Below the pieces are notes generated by a model. The model saw only the letters and a program-made list of their open reading frames with translations. It searched no databases and had not been told where the DNA came from. From assembly GCA_041752695.1 (NCBI GenBank), contig JBGSVZ010000009.1, forward strand, positions 64,001 through 128,000: a DNA stretch of 64,000 nucleotides, written 5' to 3'. A program made the position numbers and the translations under genes. Source of the DNA: Terrimicrobiaceae bacterium. GTDB taxonomy: Bacteria; Verrucomicrobiota; Verrucomicrobiia; Chthoniobacterales; Terrimicrobiaceae. Shown in pieces: positions 37,948 to 48,366 of this stretch (its first letter is position 1; each line of letters begins with the position of its first letter).

Positions 37948-39449
37948 CAGGCCTCCACGCCGGTCGGAGAAGGGGACTTTGGCAGAGTAAAGGCGGGGTG
38001 GCCCCCCAAGATCCCATGCACCTCAGTCAGCGGCGGCCCCACCGATATCCCATTTCGCCCGACCCAGATTTCCCGGATAGAGCGCTCGTGGTCTCCACTG
38101 CGTTTTTTAATCACCGAGACGGCCTGTCGGACCGTTCCGCTGGATTCAAAATAACGCAGAAGCACCACGGTGTCGGCCAGGTAGGTCAAATCCACGGCAG
38201 ATTCCAGCACGCCCACCACCCCATGCTGGGCCAGCATCAGAACGGTGACGACACCCTGCTGATTGAGAAAAGAAAGCAGCTCGTGCAACTGCAGGTTGAG
38301 ATAATGCTCCTGCGGCATGGCGTTCATGTAGCCATTGATACTGTCAATCACCACCATCCGCGTGCCTTGTTTCAAAACCGCGTGGCGAATGCGGTGCGCC
38401 AGTTCCCCGGGCGCAATCTCTGCCGGATCGATCTGCTGAATCTGAATGTGACCACTCCGCACGTGGGGCGCGAGATCCATACCCACCTGTCCCGCCCGAT
38501 CGACCAAAATTTCCACGGATTCATCGAAAAGAAAAAACAACGACTTCTCCCCCCGTTGCGCCGCCTCGTACGCAAACCTCATCGCCAGGGTGGATTTTCC
38601 CGTCCCGGGAGGCCCCATAAACATCGTACTCGTCCCGCGGTCCAGTCCGCCTCCGAGCAACGCATCCATCCCCTCCACCCCACTGGTGAAAGAGGAACGC
38701 TCGAAGGCCGCCCGGTGCTCAGCCGCCACCAATCGCGGAAAGATTTCCATACCCCCCTTGCGCAAAATCAAATCATGATAGCCTTCGGAAAACCGGATTC
38801 CCCGGACCTTTTGAATGATGGCCTGGCGGCGGGCCACGCCATATTCCGGTGACGTGCGACCCAGGGAAATGACTCCATGCGCGATGCTTTCGATTTGCAG
38901 GTCCTTGCTACCCGAGGACCGGTCATCAAGAAAACAAACCGTGGCTTTCCGGCCGGCAAAGAACTGCTTCAGCTGGAGCATTTGGCGCCGATACCGCAGC
39001 GGGGTTTCCGCCAGCATCCGCATTTCCGAAAGGGAATCGAAAACAATCCGGGCGGGATCCGTTTTTTCCACCCGGTCCAACAGGGCGGTGGTCGTGCGGC
39101 TCAACTCCACTTCCGAAGGATTAAAAAACGTGCTTTCCACCTTTCCCTCCAACTCCTCTTGCAGGGAGGCCAACTCAAAGACATCCAGCCCGGCCAAATC
39201 CCACCCGTGCGAGTCCGCCACCTGCTGGAGTTCCTCTCTCGTCTCCGAAAGGGTGATGTAAAGAGCCCTCTCCCCCCGCCGGATTCCCTCCAACAAAAAC
39301 TGCATGCCCAGGGTCGTTTTGCCGACACCGGGATCCCCTTGAATGAGATAAATGCGATTGGCAGGCAATCCCCCGGCAAGGATGTCGTCCAGACCCGGGA
39401 TGCCGGTCACACATGTTTGAGAACTCGGAGGTTTAGCGGGATTTTCCAT
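37947..39449 (-). CDS. KaiC-like double RecA-fold ATPase
   Basis: TGIPGLD, GDPGVGKT and second GPPGTGKS P-loop, KKRSGDHE; stop overlaps the kinase start. Confidence 0.87.
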   Translation of the reverse strand: MENPAKPPSSQTCVTGIPGLDDILAGGLPANRIYLIQGDPGVGKTTLGMQFLLEGIRRGERALYITLSETREELQQVADSHGWDLAGLDVFELASLQEELEGKVESTFFNPSEVELSRTTTALLDRVEKTDPARIVFDSLSEMRMLAETPLRYRRQMLQLKQFFAGRKATVCFLDDRSSGSKDLQIESIAHGVISLGRTSPEYGVARRQAIIQKVRGIRFSEGYHDLILRKGGMEIFPRLVAAEHRAAFERSSFTSGVEGMDALLGGGLDRGTSTMFMGPPGTGKSTLAMRFAYEAAQRGEKSLFFLFDESVEILVDRAGQVGMDLAPHVRSGHIQIQQIDPAEIAPGELAHRIRHAVLKQGTRMVVIDSINGYMNAMPQEHYLNLQLHELLSFLNQQGVVTVLMLAQHGVVGVLESAVDLTYLADTVVLLRYFESSGTVRQAVSVIKKRSGDHERSIREIWVGRNGISVGPPLTEVHGILGGHPAFTLPKSPSPTGVEA

Positions 39450-39560
39450 GGCGACGAAGCTTCCTATTCTTCGTGTCCCCGCCCCCGATTGCGTGCCTGG
39501 AAACGCGCCCTTCCTCAGGCGACGGGAGGAAAAACCACCCCGCCTTGACGAGTTTACCAA

Positions 39561-40397
39561 TCAGCAGGCGCTGCGCACCCGGCGGACAAAGCCGAGAAAA
39601 AGCACGGAGCCTAAGCCGATCAGAACGACTGAACTGGGTTCCGGAACGATTGAGCTCGGGTCGCGGAACTCAAACATGTAAAGAGCCACCGCGTTGTGGG
39701 CCACTTGAACCGTGTAGGACGATCCCACCCCTTTGGAGGAGACGGCATGGGCGGGATTGTTAAAGGTCGAATCTCCGCCTGCCGAAAATTCGGTAAAACC
39801 CGTCCCGCCCGTCGCGGAAGTGTTGGTGTTGACCACCGTAACGTTGGTGGGGGAATACCGGAAGTTGGAGGTGAAAGTGGAATTGCTGGTAAAATACCTC
39901 TGGTTGAAATCGATATCCAAAGAGGTCAACTGCAACCCGACACTCTGCGGAGTGCTGGTGATCGTAAAACTCCCTGGGCTGCCAGTCACTTGGTAGAAAT
40001 CAAATCCGAGAGTCAGGGACCATACCGAACTGGAGGACGGTCTCACGTAAACCGAGAGGGTGCCGGGGTCCGTTAAACCCTGGCTATCGACAGTGCGTGC
40101 CACCATCAAAGAGTCTGCACTGGGCGACAAGCTGCCCGTAGGGGAAGTTGCCGTGACATTCATGCCCACGTACGAGTTTGTGGTTGAATCGTACATGATA
40201 AACTGACCCACCACACCGGTCGCCCAAGTCGTGGTGTTTTCGGCACTACCGCTCCCGGTGATGATATTAGTCCCCGGAGGCTGTGGCGTCTGAATCGTCT
40301 GCAAGATCACCTCGTCGATGACGAGATTGGAAGCATGCAGCGCTCCCGCCAGAGCAATACTGAAAACGAGTACAAGCGATCTCAAAGGCAATTTCAT
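39561..40397 (-). CDS. PEP-CTERM sorting domain protein
   Basis: Signal peptide, S/T-rich body, C-terminal VPEPSS-TM-RRVR. Confidence 0.9.
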   Translation of the reverse strand: MKLPLRSLVLVFSIALAGALHASNLVIDEVILQTIQTPQPPGTNIITGSGSAENTTTWATGVVGQFIMYDSTTNSYVGMNVTATSPTGSLSPSADSLMVARTVDSQGLTDPGTLSVYVRPSSSSVWSLTLGFDFYQVTGSPGSFTITSTPQSVGLQLTSLDIDFNQRYFTSNSTFTSNFRYSPTNVTVVNTNTSATGGTGFTEFSAGGDSTFNNPAHAVSSKGVGSSYTVQVAHNAVALYMFEFRDPSSIVPEPSSVVLIGLGSVLFLGFVRRVRSAC

Positions 40398-40485
40398 CGT
40401 GATCGGCTGTTCATCGTTCTTCAGAAATCGGGGAGATGCACCCGGTTGTCAAGCCCGTCCTGAAGGACCACCGGTCTGATAGACG

Positions 40486-41097
40486 TCAAAACCAACCGCG
40501 CCAGTCGCGCAATTTCGCCAGCGCCCTCGCGCGGTGACTGAGCGAGTTTTTCACCCCGGCCGGAAGTTGTCCAAACGTCTGGCAGTATCCCTCGGGAACA
40601 AAGAGTGGGTCGTAGCCGAATCCTCCCCCTCCCTTGTGCTGGTTGACAATGACACCCTCCACCGCGCCGGCGAACGCCCCCAACTTGCGCCCAGCCCGAG
40701 CCAGGACGATGACGCAGCGGAAACGCGCGGACCGTTCCCGGCCACGAACGCCCTCCAGATTTTGCAGCAGGAGGGCGTTATTGTCCGCGTCAACCGCCTG
40801 CGGCCCCGCGTAGCGCGCGGAATAGACCCCAGGCGCCCCGCCGAGGGCGTCCACCTCAAGCCCGGAATCGTCGGCGATGACCCAGCCGTCAAAGAGCATC
40901 GAAGCAGCGACCGCTTTAAGGGTGGCATTCTCCTCGAACGTCGCCCCGGTTTCGTCCACCTCGGGCATATCCGGCAGAATGGACAGGTCGGAGACCTCAA
41001 AATCCGGTCCCAGAATGGCACGGATCTCGCCGACTTTGTGGGCATTGCGGGTGGAGACCAACAAACGGTGGTTTTCAGAAGGGAGACTCTCTGCCAT
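40486..41097 (-). CDS. rdgB: non-canonical purine NTP pyrophosphatase (RdgB/HAM1)
   Basis: TRNAHK..E, ENATLKA, ADDSGLEVDAL.G.PGVYSARY, GFGYDP, SHR. Confidence 0.93.
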   Translation of the reverse strand: MAESLPSENHRLLVSTRNAHKVGEIRAILGPDFEVSDLSILPDMPEVDETGATFEENATLKAVAASMLFDGWVIADDSGLEVDALGGAPGVYSARYAGPQAVDADNNALLLQNLEGVRGRERSARFRCVIVLARAGRKLGAFAGAVEGVIVNQHKGGGGFGYDPLFVPEGYCQTFGQLPAGVKNSLSHRARALAKLRDWRGWF

Positions 41098-41114
41098 AGT
41101 TCGCCCCTTTTCCC

Positions 41115-43706
41115 ATGGCAGCCCAACGCAAGCAATTTCCCTTTCCCGAATTCGAAACCCGGTGGCAGTCCCGCTGGCTCGAAGACGGCGCCTTCCGCGC
41201 GCCCAATCCGGGCGAAACCGGTTTCGATCCCGCCAAACCGAAATATTACGTGCTCGACATGTTTCCCTACCCGAGCGGCGAAGGGCTGCACGTCGGACAC
41301 GTCGAAGGGTACACCGCGACGGACATCATCGCGCGCTTCAAACGCATGCGCGGGTTTAACGTGCTGCACCCCATGGGCTGGGACGCGTTCGGGTTGCCAG
41401 CCGAACAATTTGCCATCAAAACCGGCCAGCATCCGCGAGAAACCACTGCTCGAAACATTGCCCGCTTCAAGGCGCAACTTCAGGCGCTGGGGTTCAGTTA
41501 CGACTGGTCGCGCGAGGTCAGCACGACGGATCCCGGATATTTTCGCTGGACGCAGTGGATTTTCCTCCAGCTCTACAATTCGTGGCACAACCCCACGACG
41601 AAAAAAATCGAGCCGATCAGCACCTATCCCGGAAGCGAACCCGACAAGGTGCGTCTCGCTTATGTGGCGGAGATGCCGGTGAACTGGTGCCCTGCCCTCG
41701 GCACCGTGCTGGCCAACGAAGAGGTCATCGACGGCAAAAGCGAAGTCGGCGGACATCCGGTGGAACGCCGTCCCCTGCGCCAGTGGATGCTGCGCATCAC
41801 CGCCCTGGCCGAGCGCCTCATCTCCGAACTCGATGGCCTCGACTGGCCCGAAGGCATCAAGCTGCTCCAGAAAAATTGGATCGGACGCTCCGAGGGCGCG
41901 ATGGTGAAATTTTCCATCTTCAATTCGCGGTTTCCGGTGGAGGTTTTCACCACCCGGCCGGACACCCTTTTCGGCGCAACCTACATGGTGCTCTCGCCCG
42001 AACACCCCATGGTCCCGCAGATCACTTCGGCCGCCCAGCGCGCCGCCGTGGAAGATTACCAAAAGCAGGTTGGTTCGAAGTCTGACCTGGAGCGCACCGA
42101 ACTGGCCAAGGACAAAACCGGCGTCTTCACCGGCGCGTTTGCGGTCAATCCCGTCAACGGCGAACTCCTGCCCGTCTGGATCGCCGACTACGTCCTGATG
42201 GGCTACGGCACGGGCGCAATCATGGCCGTGCCGGCGCACGATCAACGGGACTTCGAGTTTGCCACCAAGTTTAAACTGAAAATCCGCCAGGTCGTTCAAC
42301 CTCCAGACGGAGAAAACTGGCAGGGGTTCACCGGCGACGGCAAGGCCGTGAACTCGCAATTCCTCGACGGCCTCTCCACCACCGAGGCGAAGAAAAAAAT
42401 CACCGCGTGGTTGAAGGAAAAAGGTCTCGGCCAGGGGACTATCAACTACAAGTTGCGCGACTGGCTTTTCTCGCGCCAGCGGTATTGGGGCGAACCCTTC
42501 CCCATCATCTGGGAGGCCAACGAAAACGGCAAACTCAAACACCGTGCCCTCGATGAGAAGGAGCTGCCCGTGGTCCAGCCGGACATGGACGATTTCAAAC
42601 CCACCGGCACGGCCGAGCCGCCCCTGTCCAAAGCGACCGAGTGGCTGAAGTATTCCGAAAAGGCGACTCGCGAAACCAACACCATGCCGCAATGGGCCGG
42701 CTCGTGCTGGTATTACCTGCGTTTTTGCGATCCGAAAAACAGCGAACGATTCATCAGCAAGGACGCCGAGAGTTTCTGGATGACCGGCGAACTCCAAACT
42801 TCGAAATCCCAACTCCGAATTCGCGGCGGCGTGGACCTCTACGTCGGCGGCACCGAACACGCGGTGCTCCATCTGCTCTACGCGCGCTTCTGGCATAAAG
42901 TGCTCTTCGATCTCGGCCATCTCACCACGCCGGAGCCGTTCCAGCGCCTGGTCAATCAGGGCATCATCCTCGGCCCGGACAATCAGAAGATGTCCAAGAG
43001 CCGCGGCAATGTTGTGACGCCCGACACCGTGATCGAAGAATACGGCGCGGATTCGCTGCGGCTTTACGAAATGTTCATGGGCCCGCTCGAGCAGATGAAA
43101 CCCTGGAGCATGAAGGGCGTCGAAGGCGTCTATCGCTTCCTCGGCCGCGTCTGGCGTCTGGCCATGGAAGAGACCCAGGAAGGGGATTGGAAAATTTCGC
43201 CCGACCTGAAGGAGATCGATCTCACCCCGGAACAACTCCGCGTGGCCCATGCCACGATCAAGAAGGTCACGTCCGATGTGGAAGACTTTGCCTTCAACAC
43301 GGCAATCTCGCAGATGATGGTTTTCACCAACGAATTCGTCAAAACCACCCCGCGTCCTGTCGCCGCGCTGAAGATCCTGTTGCCCTTGCTCTCGCCCTTT
43401 GCCCCGCATCTGGCGGAGGAACTCTGGGAGAACCTCGGCAAAAAATTCCCCGACTTCAAAGGCCGCGCCTCGGCCCAGCCCTGGCCCGTCCACGACGAAA
43501 AACATCTCCTCGTCGAGGAGGTGGAGTTGATCGTTCAGGTCAACGGCAAGCTGCGCGACCGCCTCAAAGCTAAACGCGATGCGGCCGACGCGGAACTCGA
43601 AAAACTCGCCCTCGCCTCTCCCAAGGTGCAGGAGGCCACCACGGGTAAAGAGGTGGTGAAGGTCATCGTGATCAAGGGCAAGTTGATCAATATCGTGGTG
43701 AAGTAG
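41115..43706 (+). CDS. leuS: leucyl-tRNA synthetase
   Basis: [28 protein letters not shown] editing domain, [17 protein letters not shown]. Confidence 0.98.
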   Translation: MAAQRKQFPFPEFETRWQSRWLEDGAFRAPNPGETGFDPAKPKYYVLDMFPYPSGEGLHVGHVEGYTATDIIARFKRMRGFNVLHPMGWDAFGLPAEQFAIKTGQHPRETTARNIARFKAQLQALGFSYDWSREVSTTDPGYFRWTQWIFLQLYNSWHNPTTKKIEPISTYPGSEPDKVRLAYVAEMPVNWCPALGTVLANEEVIDGKSEVGGHPVERRPLRQWMLRITALAERLISELDGLDWPEGIKLLQKNWIGRSEGAMVKFSIFNSRFPVEVFTTRPDTLFGATYMVLSPEHPMVPQITSAAQRAAVEDYQKQVGSKSDLERTELAKDKTGVFTGAFAVNPVNGELLPVWIADYVLMGYGTGAIMAVPAHDQRDFEFATKFKLKIRQVVQPPDGENWQGFTGDGKAVNSQFLDGLSTTEAKKKITAWLKEKGLGQGTINYKLRDWLFSRQRYWGEPFPIIWEANENGKLKHRALDEKELPVVQPDMDDFKPTGTAEPPLSKATEWLKYSEKATRETNTMPQWAGSCWYYLRFCDPKNSERFISKDAESFWMTGELQTSKSQLRIRGGVDLYVGGTEHAVLHLLYARFWHKVLFDLGHLTTPEPFQRLVNQGIILGPDNQKMSKSRGNVVTPDTVIEEYGADSLRLYEMFMGPLEQMKPWSMKGVEGVYRFLGRVWRLAMEETQEGDWKISPDLKEIDLTPEQLRVAHATIKKVTSDVEDFAFNTAISQMMVFTNEFVKTTPRPVAALKILLPLLSPFAPHLAEELWENLGKKFPDFKGRASAQPWPVHDEKHLLVEEVELIVQVNGKLRDRLKAKRDAADAELEKLALASPKVQEATTGKEVVKVIVIKGKLINIVVK
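42788..42822 (+). repeat. five degenerate heptamers in-frame within leuS
   Basis: CGAACTC CAAACTT CGAAATC CCAACTC CGAATTC, between FWM and VDLYVGG. Confidence 0.65.
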
Positions 43707-43716
43707 CGAGGTTCCC

Positions 43717-43920
43717 TGGCCCAAAGGGTCGGAATTCTATAGCCCGGCTCGAAGGGCCGGGTTCTCGAAATCCGGGTCATTCGCGGCCTGAAAGGTTGCG
43801 ATTCCAAGTTGATCTCGGGCACGGCACGGAATCGCGGCCTTTCAGGCCGCATCGTTTCTTCCTCCGGTAAACCCGGCCCTTCGAGCCGGGCTGTGGAATC
43901 TCCGCGCACTTCGGCGCTTT
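43717..43920. repeat. ~200-bp nested-palindrome (MITE-like) element, copy 1
   Basis: 43734-43763 pairs with 43870-43899 (28/30) and 43783-43805 with 43828-43850 (21/23); each unit is itself a hairpin. Confidence 0.8.
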
Positions 43921-44036
43921 GCTTTTGCTGTCAACCTGCCACAGGCGCTTCAGGGCACGTTGCCATTTCACTCCACAAACCCAGGGCATCCTTCGAAGCT
44001 CTGGGCTTTCCGACGATACCCCATTTGCGCAAAAGC

Positions 44037-45455
44037 TCAGTACAACTGCAGCTTCTTCCGCTCCGCTGACGCGGCGGGAGATTCAGGAGCCTCCGCTTTC
44101 TCGACCTCCGGCCAGTCGAGCAGCGCTTCTTTTTCCCGTTCGAATAATTCGTCAATGACCACCTTGGCGGTGGCGATGGAGTTCACCAACGGGTCGATGG
44201 AAAGCGCCCGCACGAGCAAATTGCGGTCACGCCGCATGATGGCCTCGATGGTCAGTTCGTGGATGTCGAGGATCAGGTATTGCAAGTATCGCAGGCCGAG
44301 CGGGAAATCGCCAACCGGAAGCGGACGGGGACCATTGCGGTCCAGGCGGCATTCCAATTCCAAAAACGCATCCTCGGGCAGATTGCCCACGGCTTTTCCG
44401 CCCTCCACGCCATCGCGGTTGGCGGTGTTGATGTAATACGAACGCCCGTCCTCGATCACCATCGTCTGGATCAGGTCGGTCGCATGGTCGGATTTGATGG
44501 TGGAGTGAAATTCCGACATCGGCGTTTTCCCCGAAACGAAGTCGTCAATTTCTTCCCAGACGCGATTCGTCCAGCGGTCACGCGCATCACAATCAAAGAC
44601 CGAAAGCGGAGGAATGCGTTCCTGAATAGCCGCGCGGCCCTGATAAAAAGGCACGTACTCCTTAGTGTGTCCGGTGCATGTGGGTATGGCACCAAAGAGG
44701 TCCGCCAGTTGGGCGGTGATGAAGTTATTAAAGCGCCCCTTGGCGTCCCCCACGTCGGTGTCGGCAAGCCCACTCTGATAAAACGCGTCGCGAATTCGCG
44801 GCATCACATCCTTCCCGTTCAACTCGGCCTTGAGCATCCAGGTGAAATGATTCACCCCGGCGATGCGCAGGTCGAAGCTGGGCATTTGCGAAAGGTCTTC
44901 GCCAATAAACTCCAGGTAACTCTGTTTTTTGCCCGGCATGTGATGCGTATCGCAGAGGGCAATGCTCTTCGCTTTGGAATGCCGCATGAGCCCGATGCCC
45001 ATGGTCGCGGAGGGATTCACGTAGTTGATCAACCAGGCATCCGGGCAGATCTCCTCCACCGCATGCGCGATCTCCAGAATGGCGGGAAACTCCCGCATCG
45101 CGTGAAAAACGCCCGCCGGTCCGATGGTGTCGCCCGAGCAGGACCGGATGCCGTATTTCGCCCCGACCTCACATTCGATGCGGCGGTAATGGGTGTTGTC
45201 CTTGGAAAAACTCAGCACGACAAAATCCGCGCCGCGCAGGGCCTGACGGTAGTCGTCGGTGGCCTCCACACGCACGCCCGCCTCCGCCGTGGCAAGGTGG
45301 GCGAGTTTGGTCAATTTTTCCAGGCGGTCGGGATTGATGTCCACCAGACTGAGCGTGCATCCGCGCAATCCGGCCAGATGCGCGGCGGACCAGATGGCCT
45401 GGCGTCCAAAGAAAAGACTGCCGGCTCCGATGATGACGATTTTGGGAGGTTTCAT
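44037..45455 (-). CDS. family 4 glycoside hydrolase (alpha-galactosidase-like)
   Basis: KIVIIGAGS NAD-binding, GDTIGPAG, INYVNP, ALCD, AGVNHFTW. Confidence 0.88.
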   Translation of the reverse strand: MKPPKIVIIGAGSLFFGRQAIWSAAHLAGLRGCTLSLVDINPDRLEKLTKLAHLATAEAGVRVEATDDYRQALRGADFVVLSFSKDNTHYRRIECEVGAKYGIRSCSGDTIGPAGVFHAMREFPAILEIAHAVEEICPDAWLINYVNPSATMGIGLMRHSKAKSIALCDTHHMPGKKQSYLEFIGEDLSQMPSFDLRIAGVNHFTWMLKAELNGKDVMPRIRDAFYQSGLADTDVGDAKGRFNNFITAQLADLFGAIPTCTGHTKEYVPFYQGRAAIQERIPPLSVFDCDARDRWTNRVWEEIDDFVSGKTPMSEFHSTIKSDHATDLIQTMVIEDGRSYYINTANRDGVEGGKAVGNLPEDAFLELECRLDRNGPRPLPVGDFPLGLRYLQYLILDIHELTIEAIMRRDRNLLVRALSIDPLVNSIATAKVVIDELFEREKEALLDWPEVEKAEAPESPAASAERKKLQLY

Positions 45456-45535
45456 GAGTATGTTGCGGGTGTTTTTCGAGATTATGACCCCGCGAAGCTT
45501 TTCAACAGAGGAGTGATGTCGTAATAGCAGGACAA

Positions 45536-46381
45536 ATGTTGCCCCTTCCCAGAATCGCCATCTATCGATTCAACCGACAGCCGATGCCCTACCTACCGCT
45601 CGCGGTGCGCTCGGTGGGAGAGTACGAACTGCTGCGCGGGAGGGCGCCGGATCCCGCCCAGCACAAATGGTTTACAGAAATCTTCTGGTCGGAATCCGGG
45701 GTCGGGGAATTTCATTTCGCAAAACGCCGGGTGACGGTGCGCGACCAGGAGATTTTCTTTCTTCTGCCGGGCGAACTCCACGACATCCGGCCTCTGAGTC
45801 GGCGCTGGAAATACCATTGGTTCACCCTGGACCATCCGGACAGTCGCCAGTGGGTGGAAGCCATGGGGCTGCTCGCCCGGCCGTTGCCCGCGAGATTATG
45901 TCCGGTGGCCCTTTTTCGAAAACTGCAGAAAGCCGTCAGCCTGGGCACGGTGGCCGGGGACCGCGACGCGGCCCACCTCGCGCACAACCTCCTTCTCGCC
46001 GCCCGGGAAGGAAGCCTCGCGGCCTACGCGGAAAATCGTCCGCCTTGGATCGAGCAATGCCGACGAAAAATCGATGAAGACTATGCAAATCCGCAGTTGA
46101 ACGTCACGGCCATTGCCCGCAGCATGAAGATTCATCGTGCCACGCTGTTCCGCGCCTTTGTCGCCGCGTATGGCATGACCCCTTCGCACTATTTGCAAAG
46201 CCGCCGCATACACCACGCCATGGAGCAACTCAAACACACGGACATCCCGATCAAGGAAGTCGCCGGCCGCGTGGGACTCAACGACGCCAACTACCTCGCC
46301 CGCCTCCTGGGAAGGATTTGCGGCCTCTCCCCGAAAGAGTTCCGCGCCACGCATCGTCAGGCTCCTGCCGCTGAGACATGA
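45536..46381 (+). CDS. AraC family transcriptional regulator
   Basis: Cupin-like N-terminus; IKEVAGRVGLNDANYLARL...GLSPKEFR; divergent from the GH4 gene. Confidence 0.88.
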   Translation: MLPLPRIAIYRFNRQPMPYLPLAVRSVGEYELLRGRAPDPAQHKWFTEIFWSESGVGEFHFAKRRVTVRDQEIFFLLPGELHDIRPLSRRWKYHWFTLDHPDSRQWVEAMGLLARPLPARLCPVALFRKLQKAVSLGTVAGDRDAAHLAHNLLLAAREGSLAAYAENRPPWIEQCRRKIDEDYANPQLNVTAIARSMKIHRATLFRAFVAAYGMTPSHYLQSRRIHHAMEQLKHTDIPIKEVAGRVGLNDANYLARLLGRICGLSPKEFRATHRQAPAAET

Positions 46382-46416
46382 CTTGCGCCTGGCCGGGGGC
46401 GTGCGAAGAGTCCCCC

Positions 46417-47067
46417 ATGTTTCGCCACCGCTCAACCGCCTTCTCACTCATTGAGATGCTCGTCGCGCTGGCCATCGTTGCCGTCCTGCTGGTCCTGGGC
46501 ATCGGCGCCAGCCGCCAGACCCTCGCGGGAGCGGAGAGAGTCGATTCGCTGGCCCGGCTGCGTTCGGTGGGTCAGGCCATCCTTTCCTATGCCGGAGAAC
46601 ACGACCACCAACTCCCCGGACCGCTCTGGCCGGGACAGGTGATGTTTTACGATCCCATCGAAACCGGCCGCCTGGTCGTCCGGCTCGCCCCGTATCTGGA
46701 CGTCGAGCAACGCGAGACTCCCTATCTGGTGGACCGAATGATCCCCAAAGCCTACCGGCGCAATGCCACGGCCAGTGCCTTGAAAGACGTTCGGGTCTAT
46801 GTTATGAATTCAGAAATCCTTCTCGACGGTCAGACCAACCGGCCATTCGGCTCTCTCACCGCCAGCCCGCCGTTGGAACCCATGCGGCTCGCCGCGCTCG
46901 ACCGGCTTCCGGAAAACGAACGCTGGATGGTCAGCGAAACCGACCAGCTTCACTCCAGCGTGAGTGGGGCCCCATGGAAGGCCAGCACCCCACCGCTACC
47001 CGTTCACGAGGGATTCCGCGCGTCGGTGAACTTCGACGGCTCCGCTCAGGTTGTGCCGGTGCGGTAA
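46417..47067 (+). CDS. prepilin-type N-terminal cleavage/methylation protein with H-X9-DG C-terminus
   Basis: AFSLIEMLVALAIVAVL; C-terminal HEGFRASVNFDG. Confidence 0.85.
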   Translation: MFRHRSTAFSLIEMLVALAIVAVLLVLGIGASRQTLAGAERVDSLARLRSVGQAILSYAGEHDHQLPGPLWPGQVMFYDPIETGRLVVRLAPYLDVEQRETPYLVDRMIPKAYRRNATASALKDVRVYVMNSEILLDGQTNRPFGSLTASPPLEPMRLAALDRLPENERWMVSETDQLHSSVSGAPWKASTPPLPVHEGFRASVNFDGSAQVVPVR

Positions 47068-47125
47068 AGCAACTCCTTCCAACGAGAGGTCCGGGGTTTT
47101 TGATTTGGGCCGCAAACTGTCCATC

Positions 47126-47195
47126 GTTGGAGTTCACGCTTCAGCGTGCGGACGCTCGCAGAAACAGCCCCGCCTACGCGGGACTGGACTCCAAC
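47126..47195. repeat. GTTGGAG-family REP doublet (copy C), supplies the stop codon of the repair gene
   Basis: GTTGGAGTT-CACGCT-TC-AGCGTG ... CAGCCCCGC-CTAC-GCGGGACTG-GACTCCAAC; 70 bp. Confidence 0.9.
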
Positions 47196-48280
47196 CAAAA
47201 CCCGCCTTCCGCAAAGACCGCGCCGTTTACCATCACCTCCACCCGGTGATGGCCGGCATGGTGTTTTCGCGTCGTAAAGTCTTTCAGGACCTGACTTTTT
47301 TTGAGCACGACCGTTTCGCCGGGAGCGACCTGGATTTCTTTCCCCTTAAAAACTTTGGCCGAAGAGCCACCCGCTTTTTTCACATAATGAATGGCATAAT
47401 CGACGACCAGCTTCTGCGGCGATTTTGCGGTGGAGACAAATTCATAAGACAAAGTGAGTCGCTCTCCCAGGCGGAGGCGTTTGGGCGAAACCGCAAAGGC
47501 CTTGGTGCGCCCCTCCGCCGCCCGCCCCGCGCCAATCACCGCCAGGGCACGCCGGTCGCCCGATTTAATCAAGGTCCGCAGGGCGCGTTTCGCGATCCAG
47601 GCCGTGTGGGCATTTTCCAGGTCCCATCGTTCGATCCGGTCGAGCACCCAAGCCGGGTGGTCTTTCGTGATGTCGTTAAGGTGATTGGCCACGGATTTTC
47701 GCACATAGAGGCTGGGATCGACTTTCAAGTTTTCGAGGATCTTCGCGGTGGGCGAAGGATCTTCAATCAGCGCGTCCAGACGGAACGACCACGGCAAACG
47801 CGGACGGCACCCTTCGCTCGCCAGACGACGCACGTCTTCGCTTTCGTCACGCGACCAGCCTTCCATCACCTTGAGAGTGCGGCGGAGATCCTGCCGCAAG
47901 TAGGGACGAATGCCGAATTCTGAGGAGCCGAAGGACGTGAAAAATTTCAGGGCATCGAGGGAGAGAGTAAAATCGCCCAGTCCGTAAAGGCCGACAAAAT
48001 CCGGTAGAAAGAGCGAAACGAATCCCCGTTCCGTGCGAGGCGCGAGTTGGCGAAGGACAGCAAGGGCTTTCGCATAATCCTGCGGCAGGGTGGCCCGCAA
48101 TCCTTCTGTCACACGCCGCAGACGCTGGAGCAAATTGAGTCCATCGAGGTCCGGGAGGGTCAATGCGAGGAATTTCTTCTGATCAAACCGCGAATACACC
48201 GCCGCCGTATCCTTGGCGATTCGCCGGTAGCGCGCGCCGTTGAACATTTCCTTCAGGGCGGGGTACTCGGAGTCAGCCAT
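47174..48280 (-). CDS. DNA alkylation repair protein (AlkC/AlkD-like HEAT-repeat) with C-terminal beta domain
   Basis: SSEFGIRPYL, VRRLASEGCRPRLPW, DPSLYVRKSVANHLNDITKDHP, DFTTRKHHAGHH. Confidence 0.85.
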   Translation of the reverse strand: MADSEYPALKEMFNGARYRRIAKDTAAVYSRFDQKKFLALTLPDLDGLNLLQRLRRVTEGLRATLPQDYAKALAVLRQLAPRTERGFVSLFLPDFVGLYGLGDFTLSLDALKFFTSFGSSEFGIRPYLRQDLRRTLKVMEGWSRDESEDVRRLASEGCRPRLPWSFRLDALIEDPSPTAKILENLKVDPSLYVRKSVANHLNDITKDHPAWVLDRIERWDLENAHTAWIAKRALRTLIKSGDRRALAVIGAGRAAEGRTKAFAVSPKRLRLGERLTLSYEFVSTAKSPQKLVVDYAIHYVKKAGGSSAKVFKGKEIQVAPGETVVLKKSQVLKDFTTRKHHAGHHRVEVMVNGAVFAEGGFWLESSPA

Positions 48281-48311
48281 ACAAAACCCGACGATCCAAC
48301 GAAACAGGACC

Positions 48312-48366
48312 GTTGGAGTCCAGCCTTTAGGCTGCTTCCGGAGCACGCTGAAGCGTGAACTCCAAC
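48312..48366. repeat. GTTGGAG-family REP doublet (copy D), abutting the RAYT stop
   Basis: GTTGGAGTC-CAGCCT-TT-AGGCTG ... CACGCT-GA-AGCGTG-AACTCCAAC; next base begins the RAYT TAA. Confidence 0.92.

Noticed and set aside
37947..39449. Circadian clock kaiC call
   Set aside because: No kaiA or kaiB and no canonical ST phosphosite pair; kept only as a KaiC-like ATPase.
40551..43724. 1057-aa minus-strand ORF
   Set aside because: Antisense shadow of leuS; high-GC codon bias keeps the frame open and no motifs are recognisable.
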